Shown here piece after piece: positions 39,421-52,427 of a stretch of DNA of 64,000 bases (within the stretch, counting starts at the first letter, position 1; every line of letters begins with the position of its first letter). This stretch comes from Octopus vulgaris. Lineage: Eukaryota. The stretch covers positions 57,288,001 through 57,352,000 of the forward strand of contig OX597831.1 in NCBI GenBank assembly GCA_951406725.2, given 5' to 3'. The notes under the pieces are model-generated. The model had not been told where the DNA came from. It saw only the letters and a list, made by a program, of their open reading frames with translations, and ran no database searches. Position numbers and translations under genes: made by a program.

Positions 39421-41909
39421 CCTTCTGTCTACCAATGGGTTCAATGGACCCATTTCAGTTTTTTTCAGTTGCTTTTTCCTACTATTTATATTGTTTGTTT
39501 CTGCTGATTTCTCTTTTTTTTTTCTTGATTCTCTTTTTATTTGTCAAATAGGAAAATTTTCGTATGTTTATAAAAGCTAGAAAATTTCACTTTATATATT
39601 CATTACCGTCTGGGTCCATTGGACCCTCGAATTGTATTCAGACAATACTCTTCTCATTCTAAACAAAATAAAAGCAGTTTCAAATGTTATTTTCCTAGAT
39701 ATTTATCAGATATATAAAATAGATAAAATTGTATTCAATTTATTTGCTGAATTTTAGATAAAATAGGAAATATTATGAAAATGTTCCTGTAAATTTGTGT
39801 GGTATTGCATCACCTTCAGTCTACTAGGTTATAGGGTGATGCAATATTTCTATGTGATAACGCAATCTTACAATATATTGCATTATCTTTCAAGGGAATA
39901 TAAATATATGAGAGAAAGCAATATCTACCTTTAGTCTGCTATCAAGTTTCATATAGTTCACTTGTGAAAACTTGAATGAAGACCAAATATCGAAAAGGTT
40001 ACTGGAATTAGATGCAGAATGGGAAGAAGATAGTGATTCCTCTTCTTGCTCTGAAGATGAGGGTGAAAATGATTGCGTGCTGGACAGTTTAGGTTCTGTG
40101 TCACCAGACGATGAAGATACTCAAAAACAATTATCTGTGAGTCACCCCATTATGAATGAGTAATATGTTTCTAGAGACAGACAAGAATTTTGGCATGCTA
40201 ATCCTCTTACTCTAGCAGCAGTAAGAGCTTCATCTTGCAATATTGTGCAGCTGGAATGTGGATCATCCCGTTTTTCTAAAAGGTCTTACGATAGCATTGA
40301 AACATGTTTTACTATCTTTATGCGTCAGAATATTCTTGAAGTAATTCGTAAATGGACAAATGTTGACGGTCAGGTTGTTTACAAAGATAAATGATAAGGA
40401 AATTGATCACTCTTAACTAAAGAAATTTATTGGACTGATTATTCTTATAGGTCTTTATAAATCTAAACATGAAAGTGTCACAAAGTTATATAGTCAAGAA
40501 GATGGATCGCCCAATATTCAACAAAATTATGAGCTGGAGAAGATTTCAACAGATTTTACAAGTATTTTATTTTGATAATGCTAGTGCAAGGAGAATGCTA
40601 ATGATGATAAATTGGAACCCATAAGAGAAGTATTTGAAATGTGAAATCAGAATTTGCAAGATGGATATGTTCCAAGTTCAAGCATGACAGTTGATGCACA
40701 ATTAGTTTTATTTAGAGGGTGCTGCCCATTCCGAGTACATATTCCTTCAAAACCAGGAAAATATAGAATTAAAATTTGGGCAATATGCGAGAGTGAAACA
40801 TATTATGCCTGGAAAATGCAAATCTATACTGGAAAAGACAGTAAGAGGGAGAGAGACAAATCAAGGTTCAAGAGTTGTTGAAGACCTAGTAAAAGAAGTT
40901 GAAAATACTGGTCGCAATATAACTTGTGATAATTTTTTACAAGTCTAGGATTGGCTCGAAAGCTGCGTAGCAAGAAAACTACTTTAGTTGGAACAGTTAG
41001 GAAGAACAGAGTTGAACTTCCAAGTACTTTCACTAAAGGAAAAGAAAGAGAAATCAATAGCACAATATTTGGATTTCAAAAGGATTTTATGATTCTCTCA
41101 TATTGTCCAAAGAAACATTTTGTAGTCACACTTATGAGTACAATGCACTCTCAGCATTCAATTGATTCAAAACCTGCTGAAAAGAAACTGAAGATATTAC
41201 ATGTTACAACAAAACAAAAGGAGGAGCAGATACCGTAGATAAGATGGTGAGGACATACACTTGTGAAAGAATGACTCGAAGAAGGCCTATGTTTATATTC
41301 TACAACATGATTGATATAAATGCAGTGAATGATTTCATTGTTACTAAACAGCTTCCCTTGCAAAATTTCAAGGATAAAAGAAGACAGTGCCTAATTCAGT
41401 TAGGAAAGGAACTTGCCGGAGTTAATGCTAAACAAGAACATGACAAACAATTTTCTAGTTCCGCGAACATTTCTCAACCAAACAAGAAAAGAAGACGATC
41501 TTCAACTTCATTTGAGATTCCTCAGCCAAAGAAAAAAAGGAAGATGTTCTTTGTGTGGCCCCAAAAAAACAGGAAAACTCGTATTACATGTAAGAATTGT
41601 AATATCCAAGTTTGCCAAGAACGTTCCAATGTTGTTTGCATTCACTGCCATGAAGAGCTGTAATTCGGCATTTTTGTATTTTTTTAGATTTATAATATAT
41701 TCTGTTAGCTGCATAGTTTTATGAAAATTTGTGAGAAATAGTAATTCTTCATTTACCTGATAGCATATATAATATATATAATATATAATATATATAATAC
41801 AGCTAAGAAACAGTGGTAGTTAGAATAAAATTTAATAAAAAAAAAAATTAAGAGTCCATTGGACCCAGTTGGTAATTAGTGACATACATTTTCTCTGATA
41901 GACCAAGGG
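39421..41909 (+). mobile_element. Full-length decayed piggyBac element
   Basis: TTAA at 39417-39420 and 41910-41913; TIRs ccttctgtctacca/cccttggtctatca; palindromic subterminal gggtccattggaccc motifs; MTVDAQLVLFRGCCPFRVHIPSKPGKY, ITCDN-like, TTLVGTVRKNR, C-terminal Cys-rich domain. Confidence 0.93.
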
Positions 41910-43060
41910 TTAAAAACCCAGCTAACATTATAAAACGGTGGAAAAAGCACTTTTCGGATCTGTAAACCCCTTCAAGGTTAACATGGAAATAATTAATGGA
42001 TTGCCCCAAAAGAACATGTTGATGTGCATGGATAGCATACTTGAATATGGGGATATTCTGTTTGCATTAAATCAGTTATATTCTCGTAAGGCAACATAGA
42101 TGTCATGCTCATAGATCTCTTGAAAGCAGGGGACAACACAGCGGTATCTACAATAAATAAAATGAAAATTATACGGCATTTGGCAAACTTGAGAAGAGGC
42201 TATGGTCTGACAGATGCATTATATCACACACAAAGATCATTGTTTACAAGACGTGCATATTGATAACATTCCTTGTATGCTTCTTAGACACGGACAACTC
42301 AAAATAGCATATAAGAATACCCAAGTGATTCCACCAAAAATGATTCAGAAGAATACTGCAGATGAAATGGGAAGATTTACCGTTAGATATAGAAATACTC
42401 TAGAGGACTGGCTCTGTATCTAATGACTTACATTTAGAATGCGATGAACAGGGCGCCTTGTAGGCAAGTAAACTGTGAGACCGCCCAAGCTGTTATTTTA
42501 TGGTCAGTTAGAATTTGGGAAACGGACACAATATGGGCAGTACAAGGACCGCATTCATGACAACTTTGTGAAATTGAAAACAGAGGTTCAATCCTGGAAA
42601 GAGAAAGTGACTGGTAGAAATGGGTGGAAGTATCTATCTGACGAAGGAAGGCATTGCCAGCTTTGAGTTATCCAAAGGGCAGAATGTACAGTTAAAATGT
42701 ACTTTGTGCAAAGGAAGTAACATGAATGTACCAAGTGAGATGAAAAATTGGAAATGCAATCTTTGTGACCGACATCTCTCAAAAGCTGGTTACATAAGCC
42801 ACATGAAATCATACAATAATTCGTGTCACCATTTTATTGGTAACAACAACAGTGTTATATGTGGGAAAATCAGTCGGAGTAACCCTTGTTTGAAAAAGAT
42901 ATGAAAGTTTGAATCTTATCTGTTACATATGCTTGAATCCCTGCACGTCAACTGCTGGGCCTAACAGCTTTCTCAGTGCACACGGACGTAATGGAGATTA
43001 TTGCGGCAAAGTAAATTGAAATGGCTATCATCTATCAAGAAAAAGTGATCATCATATGAT
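41910..43060 (+). pseudogene. Second RTE LINE copy, right part (deleted RT and 3' Zn-finger-like end)
   Basis: IIKRW.KHF, RPPKLLFYGQLEFGKR, WKCNLCDRHLSKAGYISHMKS. Confidence 0.7.
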
Positions 43061-43359
43061 CATAGGTGTATGTGTGCATGTATGTGTGTATGTATGTGTC
43101 TACATGTAAGAATATAGATATATCTGTGTATAAATGTGTTTGTGTGTGCGTGCGTATGCAAATGTATACATAAATCCCATTATCGTATCTCTGCAGACAT
43201 CCTTTTGGGATTTCGAATCACAATGTGTGGTCTGGACATTAATGTTTTTCACTAGCAGTTGTATTAACAAATAGTGATGCAAGTACAATATTAGAAATAG
43301 TAGCGTTAAGAGCAAGTGAAGGATGTACCTTCACTTTGGCTACGCAACTTAACTGTAGT

Positions 43360-43370
43360 TGCTGTTGTTG

Positions 43371-43402
<32 letters not shown>

Positions 43403-43700
43403 GGTTGTGGTGGTCATGTTCATTGGTTGTTATTATTACAGCAATTGTTGTTGATTTTGTGGTGTTGGTGTTGTTTTTGGTGGTGAAAATGATAATTGTT
43501 GTTGTTTTTGTTGGCCAGTGTCAGTGGTCGAAATGGTCAGCCGTTACATTAATTGTGGTTGTAGTTCTATTGGTTGTGGTGAGTTTGGCGGCGGCGGCGG
43601 TGATGGTGGTGGTGGTGGTGGTGGAGGAGGAGGAGGGGAGGAGGTGGAGATGATGATGGTGGTGGTGATGGCGGTGGTGTTAGTGATGGTGATTGTGGTA
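43360..43700. repeat. (GTT/GGT/GGA/GAT)n low-complexity tract
   Basis: Direct reading. Confidence 0.9.
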
Positions 43701-44689
43701 GCCATCGTTTTTTCTGTTGATTGTGGAGATGCACAAGAAGTCTACAAGTGCTCGCTTTTCAAGTTCCCAGATGACGTGATGTACCGCAAACTGAAATAAA
43801 CCTATGTGATGCTGAAAGAGATGTTTGGGGAGCACAGGAAAATCGAATATCTGAATGTAGGGTAAGTGAAATCTTCAGTTTATTCTCCTTCCAGCATGTC
43901 ACTACTGAAAGTCGGTTACGAAAATGCGCATATTCTTGGGTTGACTTGGGACGATCATCTTTGAATCTGATAGTCGTTGCCTGGGGTATGAACAGCAGCA
44001 TAGGTAGTGCCTTCAGACTAGTAATCGTTTATGTTCTGACTGAGGAATAGCGGTTGAAGTTCTTTGACATACTTGGAAACATTCCGTTATGTAGTGTAAG
44101 CGGGTTACTGAAATGGCATCTTAGACACGCTGGTGGACTTTAGTATTTATCTCGACGGCCTGCCACATCTTACATTAGAAAAGGCGGAGTGTTTCGCAAA
44201 ACTGATAATGGCAGCTGAAATACGCTTTGCAGTGAATGGTTGTGCAAATGACAAATTTCTTGTTTTGGGTGGTTTGCTCAGCGAGCTTAAAGGATAGATA
44301 TGAAACTGTCTTTGTTCTTGCCTGCAGTAACTCGCAGCAAACTGGGAACATTTTAGTCGTGTCAGAGGTGTTGTGGCGTTAAAGTCATCATCGATATATC
44401 TGTAACTCTGCAGAACACAGTTTATAATTTTGACAAAGTTGCTCGCAAAGAGGACAGAATATGTCAATGGTAACGTAATCACACTGATATGTGGAATTCC
44501 TGACTTGTGTCTCACAAATACGGCTCCCGAAAAGATAGATTTTTCGGATATCTACTTTTCTCTTACACACATCAGCGAGGCCTCGCCCTTGAGAAATATT
44601 AACTTGACTTCAGCAAGTTATAAAGCTGCGTATCATGTAAATCGCCTAATTAAATTACCTTCATTTGGATTCCATTCGTCTCATGGACC

Positions 44690-45030
44690 AGAAACTTACT
44701 GACAGATCGCTCTCATGCAACGTGCACTAACTTAATTCTATTACTTTTACTCTATCAAATCTGGTATGTCCCAAGGTTCAGTTACATTTCAACGTTCTTT
44801 CTATACGTCAAAAGCTTACTTGCCATAACCTCCAACAACAGTTAGTCAGATGCAGGTAACTGCACCATCTTTCATTCCTCACTAACTCTCCGCGCATAAG
44901 CATCCTTTTCATGCAATCTAAACACCTTACACCAAACATGCACAGCCTCAGTGAATAGAAATCTCTAAAACATTTTCTAATAGTGTCATATCAATTAAGT
45001 CACTTTTAACAACACAAAGACGCAATCACT
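44690..45030 (+). pseudogene. CR1/Jockey-like RT remnant
   Basis: IKSGMSQGSV...LYVKSLLAITSNNS*SDAGNCT resembles SGVPQGSV...LFINDL...YADD. Confidence 0.55.
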
Positions 45031-45218
45031 GCACAAGGCCGGACAGTTTAAGGGAAAACAACACATGATCAAATCAATTGTAGTATCTTTAATTTTATGG
45101 GCTGTTCTAGGGGAAGGGGCTACTTTATGGGTTTGCAGCTCCGCTGAGACTAGTGAGAATGTTGTTAATATTCTCCTTGAACAACGACAGATCTATGACT
45201 GCTAGAAGTGCAATGAAA

Positions 45219-45556
<338 letters not shown>

Positions 45557-46679
45557 TATGCTGGTTTACAACATACAAAATGTTTGGAGAGTGTTTGTCG
45601 ACGGATGAGTGAATTTTGATGTTGCTCAAAGGGGGTACGGAACCTGCATGATGAGGCAGGGGTAAACCACCATATGCTGTCGGGTTCCGCTGCTGATATT
45701 GGGGTTTGCATTCTATGCCTTGACCCGAACATAGAACGGGGCTCGCCCCTTTAAGCTGGGAAATGAATGGAATCCCTAGTGAGAATCTTGCTGTGGTTAC
45801 CCCCTCCTAAAAAATGGGGAATAGGCCTGAGTATATATGATAATTTTTGTTGTTGTCATCGTCGTCGTCGTCGTCTCGGCGTCGTTGCCGATGTTAAACC
45901 ATCAGAAATTTGATCTTTGTATAAGGTTATATCACGTTCCTGAAAATACTAAATAATTCTCTTTCAGTTTCCCATTTAACAATTGTTTCTCCTCCTACGT
46001 AAAGGTAAAGAGAGAATCAAACATCTTTGTAATTTCTTCTTTTTATTTTCTCCTGCCAAAATATGGACAAGATATTGCCAGTAAGAGGTATAAACGGTGT
46101 CAACAAATGAATACATTCGTTTGATACAGAAACAAAAGGTGTTTTGGAAGAAGAATAAAAATTGAAAGATCAGAAAGTATTGTCTCGTCAGACAACACAG
46201 TAAAACAACACTTGAATCAAAACAAGAATATTAAAATAATTTCAGACATCTAATATAACAACGGAAGCTACGCTTGCTTTAACCAGATTTTCTCCTTTTG
46301 TTTATATGATATGATACAGCAAAAACAAATTGGCGGAAAAAAAGCCTTTTTGGCTAAGAGATTTATTGTTTTAAATTCAGAAAACAACTTTTCATTGTAA
46401 CTGACAATTTCTAAAGGCTGCTCAGAAAGCATCGATGATGTATAACGAATAGTTATTCTGTAGTGAAAAGATTTTAGAGTCTAGATCTTTAATTATAAAC
46501 CTTAGTTTCTGCTCCTTAAACAAGAGTAGCTCGCAGTTCGAAAAATCGTGATCGTCCCTTATGTAAATCTACATTATTATTGCGGTTCTCTTTTGGAGAA
46601 AGAACCTAGTTAGGACAGCATTCAAAAGACTGGCCCTTCATTTCGGAGCTTCAAGCTCCAAGAGCAATTTTTCACACAA

Positions 46680-47320
46680 TGCAAAAACCATCGTGTAAAA
46701 CCTTCCTTGCAGAACAACCCATTAAAAGAAAGATTCTGCAATTGATCTTATCGTTTGTTACTTTCCCTTAAAATGTCTGGTCTTGTGCAGTGGTTGCGTC
46801 TTGACCCCATTAGAGAGTGTTTTAGGGCTTTCTATTCATTGAAGCAGTGGATATTTGGCGGGAGGTGTTTAGGTTGCATGGAAAGGGTCTTGGAGGGCGG
46901 AGGATTAGCGAGAAATGAAGAATAATGCAATTACTTACCTGTGTATTTCATTATTTTTCCTGCAATCATCGATTTGTAGTTGTTCAGGGAGAATATCAAC
47001 TATTTCATTCTCACTGGCCTCGGCAGGGTTGCAAAAACTATCGAATTGACACTTCCCTCCAGAGAAATCCATAAAAAGAATGATACCGCTGTCAATTTGA
47101 TCGTGTGCTACTGTCTCTTAAAATGATTAGCCTTGTGCAGTGATTGCACCTTTGTGTGGTTAAAAATATGATTGATATGATTCCATCTGAATAGAGAATG
47201 TTTTAGAGGTTTCTGTTCATTGAAGCAGTACGTATTTAGTGTGAGGTATTTGGGTTGCTGGAAAAGGGTGTTTGCGTGCGAGAATTAGCGAGGAAAAAAG
47301 AATGGTGCAATCATCTGCAT
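46680..47320. repeat. Diverged direct duplication (~46680-46945 versus ~47030-47320)
   Basis: Shared tgcaaaaac.atcg, cttaaaatg, cttgtgcagtg.ttgc, ttcattgaagcagt, attagcgag, tgcaat. Confidence 0.7.
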
Positions 47321-47938
47321 CGGAGTCAGCGTTGTTGGAGATTACTTCAAGTAAGGCTTTGTTGTATAGAAAAGATGTTGAAATGTAACCGACCCTTATG
47401 GCACACCAAAATTTGTAGAGTCGCAATGACTCTCTACAAAGCTTATGCGAGGCACACAAACGAATATTTGACCCACATCTGGAACAGTGCTACCGCTGCT
47501 GCATATACCGATCTACATCCTAAGAAAGACCACTCGACTGTTTGGTATAAAGTCATTCATAGAGACACTGTCTTCGCTTTCTGGGGTTTTTTTTTTTTTC
47601 ATTTTTAACTGCTACTATAATGGGTTCTGTTCTTTGTAGATAATTGGTTTCGTAACACGTTCACTCGGCACTCAACACACCCGTTTCTTTCATCACCCGA
47701 ATTGTATTGTGTCCAGTACGTCACATTCTAACTACAATTCCCAGTTATCTCTCTGTAAAATATCGGATCTCTAGAAATTCGCTCAGCTCCTTTCTTGTGT
47801 TTTTTTTTCTTCTGCAGGTATCTACAGTTTAAGTAGAACGTTAATGGCATAAATATAACCGGTATCAGAGAGCCGACAAAAGCTTTGGACACTTTTCTTT
47901 CCTTCAGATCCAGCAAGTAAAACAAAAATTTTAATCTA

Positions 47939-48176
47939 TTGGGTTGGTGCATAATTATTGCGGTCTTTCTTTCAACAAATTTTATACTACAAAAGCAATA
48001 ACAACATGTAACAAAAACATCTTTAAATGATTATTCCGGAATATATTTCCCATCTCCTTCAATTATTGCTTCACATTTGCTTGGCATTTAAAGATGTTTT
48101 GTTAAATATTGTTATTGTTTTTGTTGAATAAAACTTGGGGGAAAAAAAAAGCCGCAATAATTATGCACCAACCCAA
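47939..48176. mobile_element. mariner-type palindromic MITE (~90-bp inverted arms)
   Basis: ttgggttggtgcataattattgcgg ... ccgcaataattatgcaccaacccaa; arms extend to aacaaaaacatctttaaatg. Confidence 0.9.
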
Positions 48177-48189
48177 TGATTATTGTTTA

Positions 48190-48573
48190 TCTCTCTCTAT
48201 ATAAATGGCAGTTTGTCTGTGCGTGTTTCTGTGTGTCTGTTTGCTTGTACCCTCACTCTGACCACGGCTTTCAACCGATTCTGATGAAACTTGACACACA
48301 CATAGCCCAATGTCATAATTCAAAACTAACGCAGCAAAAATTTTGAAAAGTTCCCCCAGTTCAGAAAAAGATCGATAAATTCGACATGGGGTCGACAATC
48401 AGAAACACAAACCGCAGATGGTCTAGGGGACGCAACTCGGCCTTTTTAACTATCAAAAAAAATTTACCATCATTTTTTCCCATTTTTTTTGCTATTTTTT
48501 GGCTATAACTCTCTAAAAGTGCTTTATAGTTATTTCCCTTACAAACCCGAGCAACGCCGGGCGATACTGCTAG
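48190..48573 (+). mobile_element. Helitron-type non-autonomous element, second copy
   Basis: A|TC ... cccgagc-aac-gccggg ... CTAG|T; aligns with 31190-31575. Confidence 0.88.
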
Positions 48574-48984
48574 TCATACACTAAAAAGGAAAATTTGTTT
48601 CAAATGACTGTTTTTTCTCTAAACACAATAAACAACTTAGCGTAAACAAATGTCATTAACTCCACCCACTGTTCCCCTATATAGTCGTTTAATCTATTAG
48701 TGATAGTAACCAAATATGCCTCATATCACACAATATTTAAAGAAACAGAAACACATTAGAACAATGTTTTTTTGATATGCAAAAGGACAAAATAGTTTCC
48801 TCCATTCTAAACTATTGTGCCATTAGTTACATCATAGAAGCAAAGGGGAGAGTACAGCGGCATGATTCAAGTTAAGGATTAAATAACAACTTCGGAAATA
48901 AGGTTCGCGTATATGTAAGTGTACATGTGTCTGTACACGCATGCGCGTGTCTGTAATTTCAGGAGAAATTTCAGGTGTGAAAGC

Positions 48985-50405
48985 AAGGTCTAAAATCGAA
49001 GGGCCTTAGGGGTCAACCTAGCAAAAACCAATGTCTTAATAAGTAGGAAGGCAGACAAACCACGAATCCCTTCAGGTAGATGGCCCTGCTCGCTCTGTAG
49101 AAAAGGCTTAGGTAGAAACTCCATAAGATGTACCTAGTGTAAGCTATGGACACATAAGAGGTGCAGCAATATCAAAGAAAGGTTAGCTGGGAAGATAGTT
49201 TTTGTGTGTGACAAATGCTCAGGAGCAAAACTGCTTCCATTACATTCCAGGGGGGGGGACTACAAGTAGTTGATAGCTTCCGTTACCTTGGTGACCAAGT
49301 CAGTAGCGGAGATGGATGCTCTGAAAGTGTAGCTGCTAGAATAAGAATAACCTGGGCAAAGTTCAGGGAGCTCCTACCTCTGCTGGTGACAAAGGGCCTC
49401 TCGCTCAGACTAAAAGGTAGACTGTATGACGCATGTGTGCGAACAGCCATGCTACGTGGTAGTGAAACATGGGCTGTGTCTGCTGAGGACATGCGTAGGC
49501 TTGCAAGGAATGAAGCCAGTATGCTACACTGGATGTGTAATGTCAGTGTGCATACACGATAGAGTGTAGGCGCCCTGAGAGAAAAGTTGGACTTAAGAAG
49601 CATCAGAGGTGGTGTGCAAGGGAGACGACTGCGCCGGTATGGTCATGTGTTGCGAATGGATGAGGACAGCTGAGTTAAAAAGTGTCACACCCTAGCAGTA
49701 GAGGAAACCTGTGGAAGAGGTAGACCCAGGAAGACCTGGGATGAGGTGGTGAAGCACGATCTTCGAACATTAGGCCTCGCCGAGGCAATGAAAAGTGACC
49801 GAGACCTTTGGAGATATGCTGTGCTTGAGAAGACCCGGGAAGCCGAGTGAGACCATAACCGTAACCTATGCCAGTGGGCATAACCAGCTAGTGCAGCATA
49901 AACAATCCATTTAATAGTACTCTTCAACCATTGGACAATAAACTGTGCTTGCGAAGACCTGTTGAGGCAAGTGAAATCGTTGACAGTACCGCATGATTGG
50001 CACCCATGTCAATGGCACGTTAAAATCCCCATTGGAGCGTGATCGTTGCCAGTGTCACCTGACTGGCTCCTGTGCCAGTGGCATGTAAAAAACGCCATTC
50101 GAGTGTGGTTGTTGCCAGTGTCGCCTGACTGCCTTCTGTGCCTGTGGCACGTAAAAAAGCACCAGTTGGGTGTGGTCGATACCAGTACCGCCTTACTGGT
50201 CCTCGTGCCGGTAGCACGTAAAAAGCCCCCACTACACTCACGGAGTGGTTGGTGCTAGGAAGGGCATTCAGTTGTAGAAACTTTGTCAGATCAGATTGAA
50301 GCCTGGTGCAGCCTTCTGGCTCACCAACCCTCAGTCTAACCGTCAAACCTATGCTAGCAGGGAAAACGGATGTTAAACAACGATGATGAGGAGGATGATG
50401 ATGAT
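48985..50405 (+). mobile_element. RTE-clade LINE 3' end with PHD-like Cys-rich insert, tandem-repeat 3' UTR and (GAT)n tail
   Basis: VNLAKT, WPCSLCRKG..NSIRCT*CKLWTHKRCS..FVCDKC, VVDSFRYLGD, KGRLYDACVRTAMLRGSETW, RGRPRKTW; ~66-bp repeats at 50013-50230. Confidence 0.9.
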
Positions 50406-51211
50406 ATATGTGCGTCTGTGTATGCCTATAATTTTAAATACATACGTACACACACACACACACATATATATATCTGTGCATGTATGTGTATATGTATCAA
50501 TATACATAAATATTTTATGTGTTATGAATTTAAGCTTAATCCTTTCGCTTGTGTCTCCAGTTTCACGCACTGCGAGCTATCCGGTAACTGGCTGCTTTTA
50601 TCAATAATTCAAATCAGTTTTATGCACATTAATGCAAAATTCTTCTTCGGTGTGCGGATATGCTTTACGTTATACAACTTACAAATATTAGTTGTAAGAG
50701 AGGCATCCTCTTCATTATTATCATGCTGTCACTTTTGTTGCATACTTCGTCCGTTTTGTCTTTAATGATTCATTTCATCATTATATCCGGTTTTTCTATA
50801 TTATCCACCGTTTTCATTGGTCAATTCTTGTTTTCGTTTTGTTATCTTTGTGAAGAGGTTTTCCACTTGCCTATTTGCTGTTTTCTCAGTTACAAAAAGA
50901 AATTAAAATAACTTCGTTCAGTTATGAATAACCAAATATCATCTACAGTCCTGAAATCTCATGATTTTGAAATACACTTAACCGTTTAACGATACTGATT
51001 TCATACATTTTAATCTATAGATTTATATACATATACATTCGTAACTGTATATATAATTATATAAGTAAAAGCAATTAAGATTCAAGTGAGTTCCAATGAA
51101 TTCACATGAATGCGGTACTTAACTTAGATCCACCAGAAATCTATATGGTATTAACCATAAAATAATGTGGGGTGATTATAAACAAGAAAAAAGCAACAAG
51201 AATGGATTAAT

Positions 51212-51306
51212 TTTTCAGTACAATTGTTTCATACGAAGAAGAACAGCTTTATTAAAAGCTGCAAATATTGCAGCAAATACAAGTGTCCCGTACTCATCAG
51301 CCAAAA
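51212..51306 (-). ncRNA. Type I hammerhead ribozyme in PLE 3' terminus
   Basis: ttttgg-CUGAUGA-guacg...cguau-GAAA-CAAUUG-UA-ctgaaaa; intact core. Confidence 0.8.
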
Positions 51307-52427
51307 CACATATGAGTTTTCCAAACATTCTAGGGGGTGAGGCTACACTCATGAAGTATCGAAGAGAGTTCTATAAAAAGCAAATTTAGATTGTAAGCAG
51401 ATTTCCAAAGTTCTCTAATGATGCACAGTTTTATAAAAGGTTTTAAAAAAGCTTGTTAGCTTCACAGTAAAGGTAAATCCATCCATAATAATGTAGGTGT
51501 AATTTCCGGAGATATGAGGAAATATTTCATACTCAGAGACGATGAATTTATCCATAATAAAGTGGGTATAATTTCCTGATATATGAGAAGATGCCGATCA
51601 CACTTCTGTTCATTTCACAAAACTACTATGTTGGAATTATAATGGCTAAAAGAATTTAGTGGAGCAGAAAAACCGTCCAAATAGGGCATTATAGGACAAC
51701 TGAGAGGAAAGGGGTGTAAGTACACAACCTACACAGAATAGTCTATTTCTGTGGTGACAGAAAGTCTAGGTTAGATTTGCAGGAATCTGAGATTTATAAA
51801 AGAGAACATTACTTTTGACCAGCATACAGCTGTTAATTGCCAATCCTACAGAGTTAAAGCAGATATAAGAATATAAAGAGAACAAGGGAAAGTAATAAAG
51901 GGGTGAAAGGCTATCAATAGAGGAAAATACATTAAGAGATTTAAGTGCAATACTAGAAAGGAGGTAATTTAATTTATTTATTTATTATTGTTACTATTTA
52001 TACAAAGACAGACTTTAGGTCTATACCTAGAGGTCAATTAATTTCTATAGTAAAAGGTGTGAGAGTATTGCTTATTCAAAAATAGTGAAAATCATAGTGA
52101 AAATTCCTTATACTATTATTAAGGGAGTAGCATTACTTATTTAAACTTATAATAGAATTAAAAAGTATTAGCAACTTATTTGATTTAAGTTGGGTTACTT
52201 AAATTAGATTAAAATTAGATTAAATTAAATTAACTATATAGTCAATTAAAATTTTTGGCAACGTACAAATACTATTTACTTCTTTGTGTTCCAAACCAGG
52301 TACAGTTAGAAAGAAAGAACCACAGTGTAAGATCTCGCAGATATCTATTTAAAATATATTAGAGTTTTGCTTTATTAGTAAAAGCAAGATAGACCTAGCT
52401 CCATACGATTATTCTATACGATTTTTA

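Noticed and set aside
43720-44500. Possible decayed LTR-retrotransposon gag or exon with AG/GTAAGT
   Set aside because: In-frame stops and only vague motif similarity; cannot support either call
47818-47853. Strong acceptor ttttcttctgcAG then GIYSLSRTLMA*
   Set aside because: All frames stop within 12 codons; no independent support
50013-50230. Regularly spaced repeats as a CRISPR-like array
   Set aside because: Whole units are homologous with no unique spacers, they lie in a LINE 3' UTR, and the context is eukaryotic
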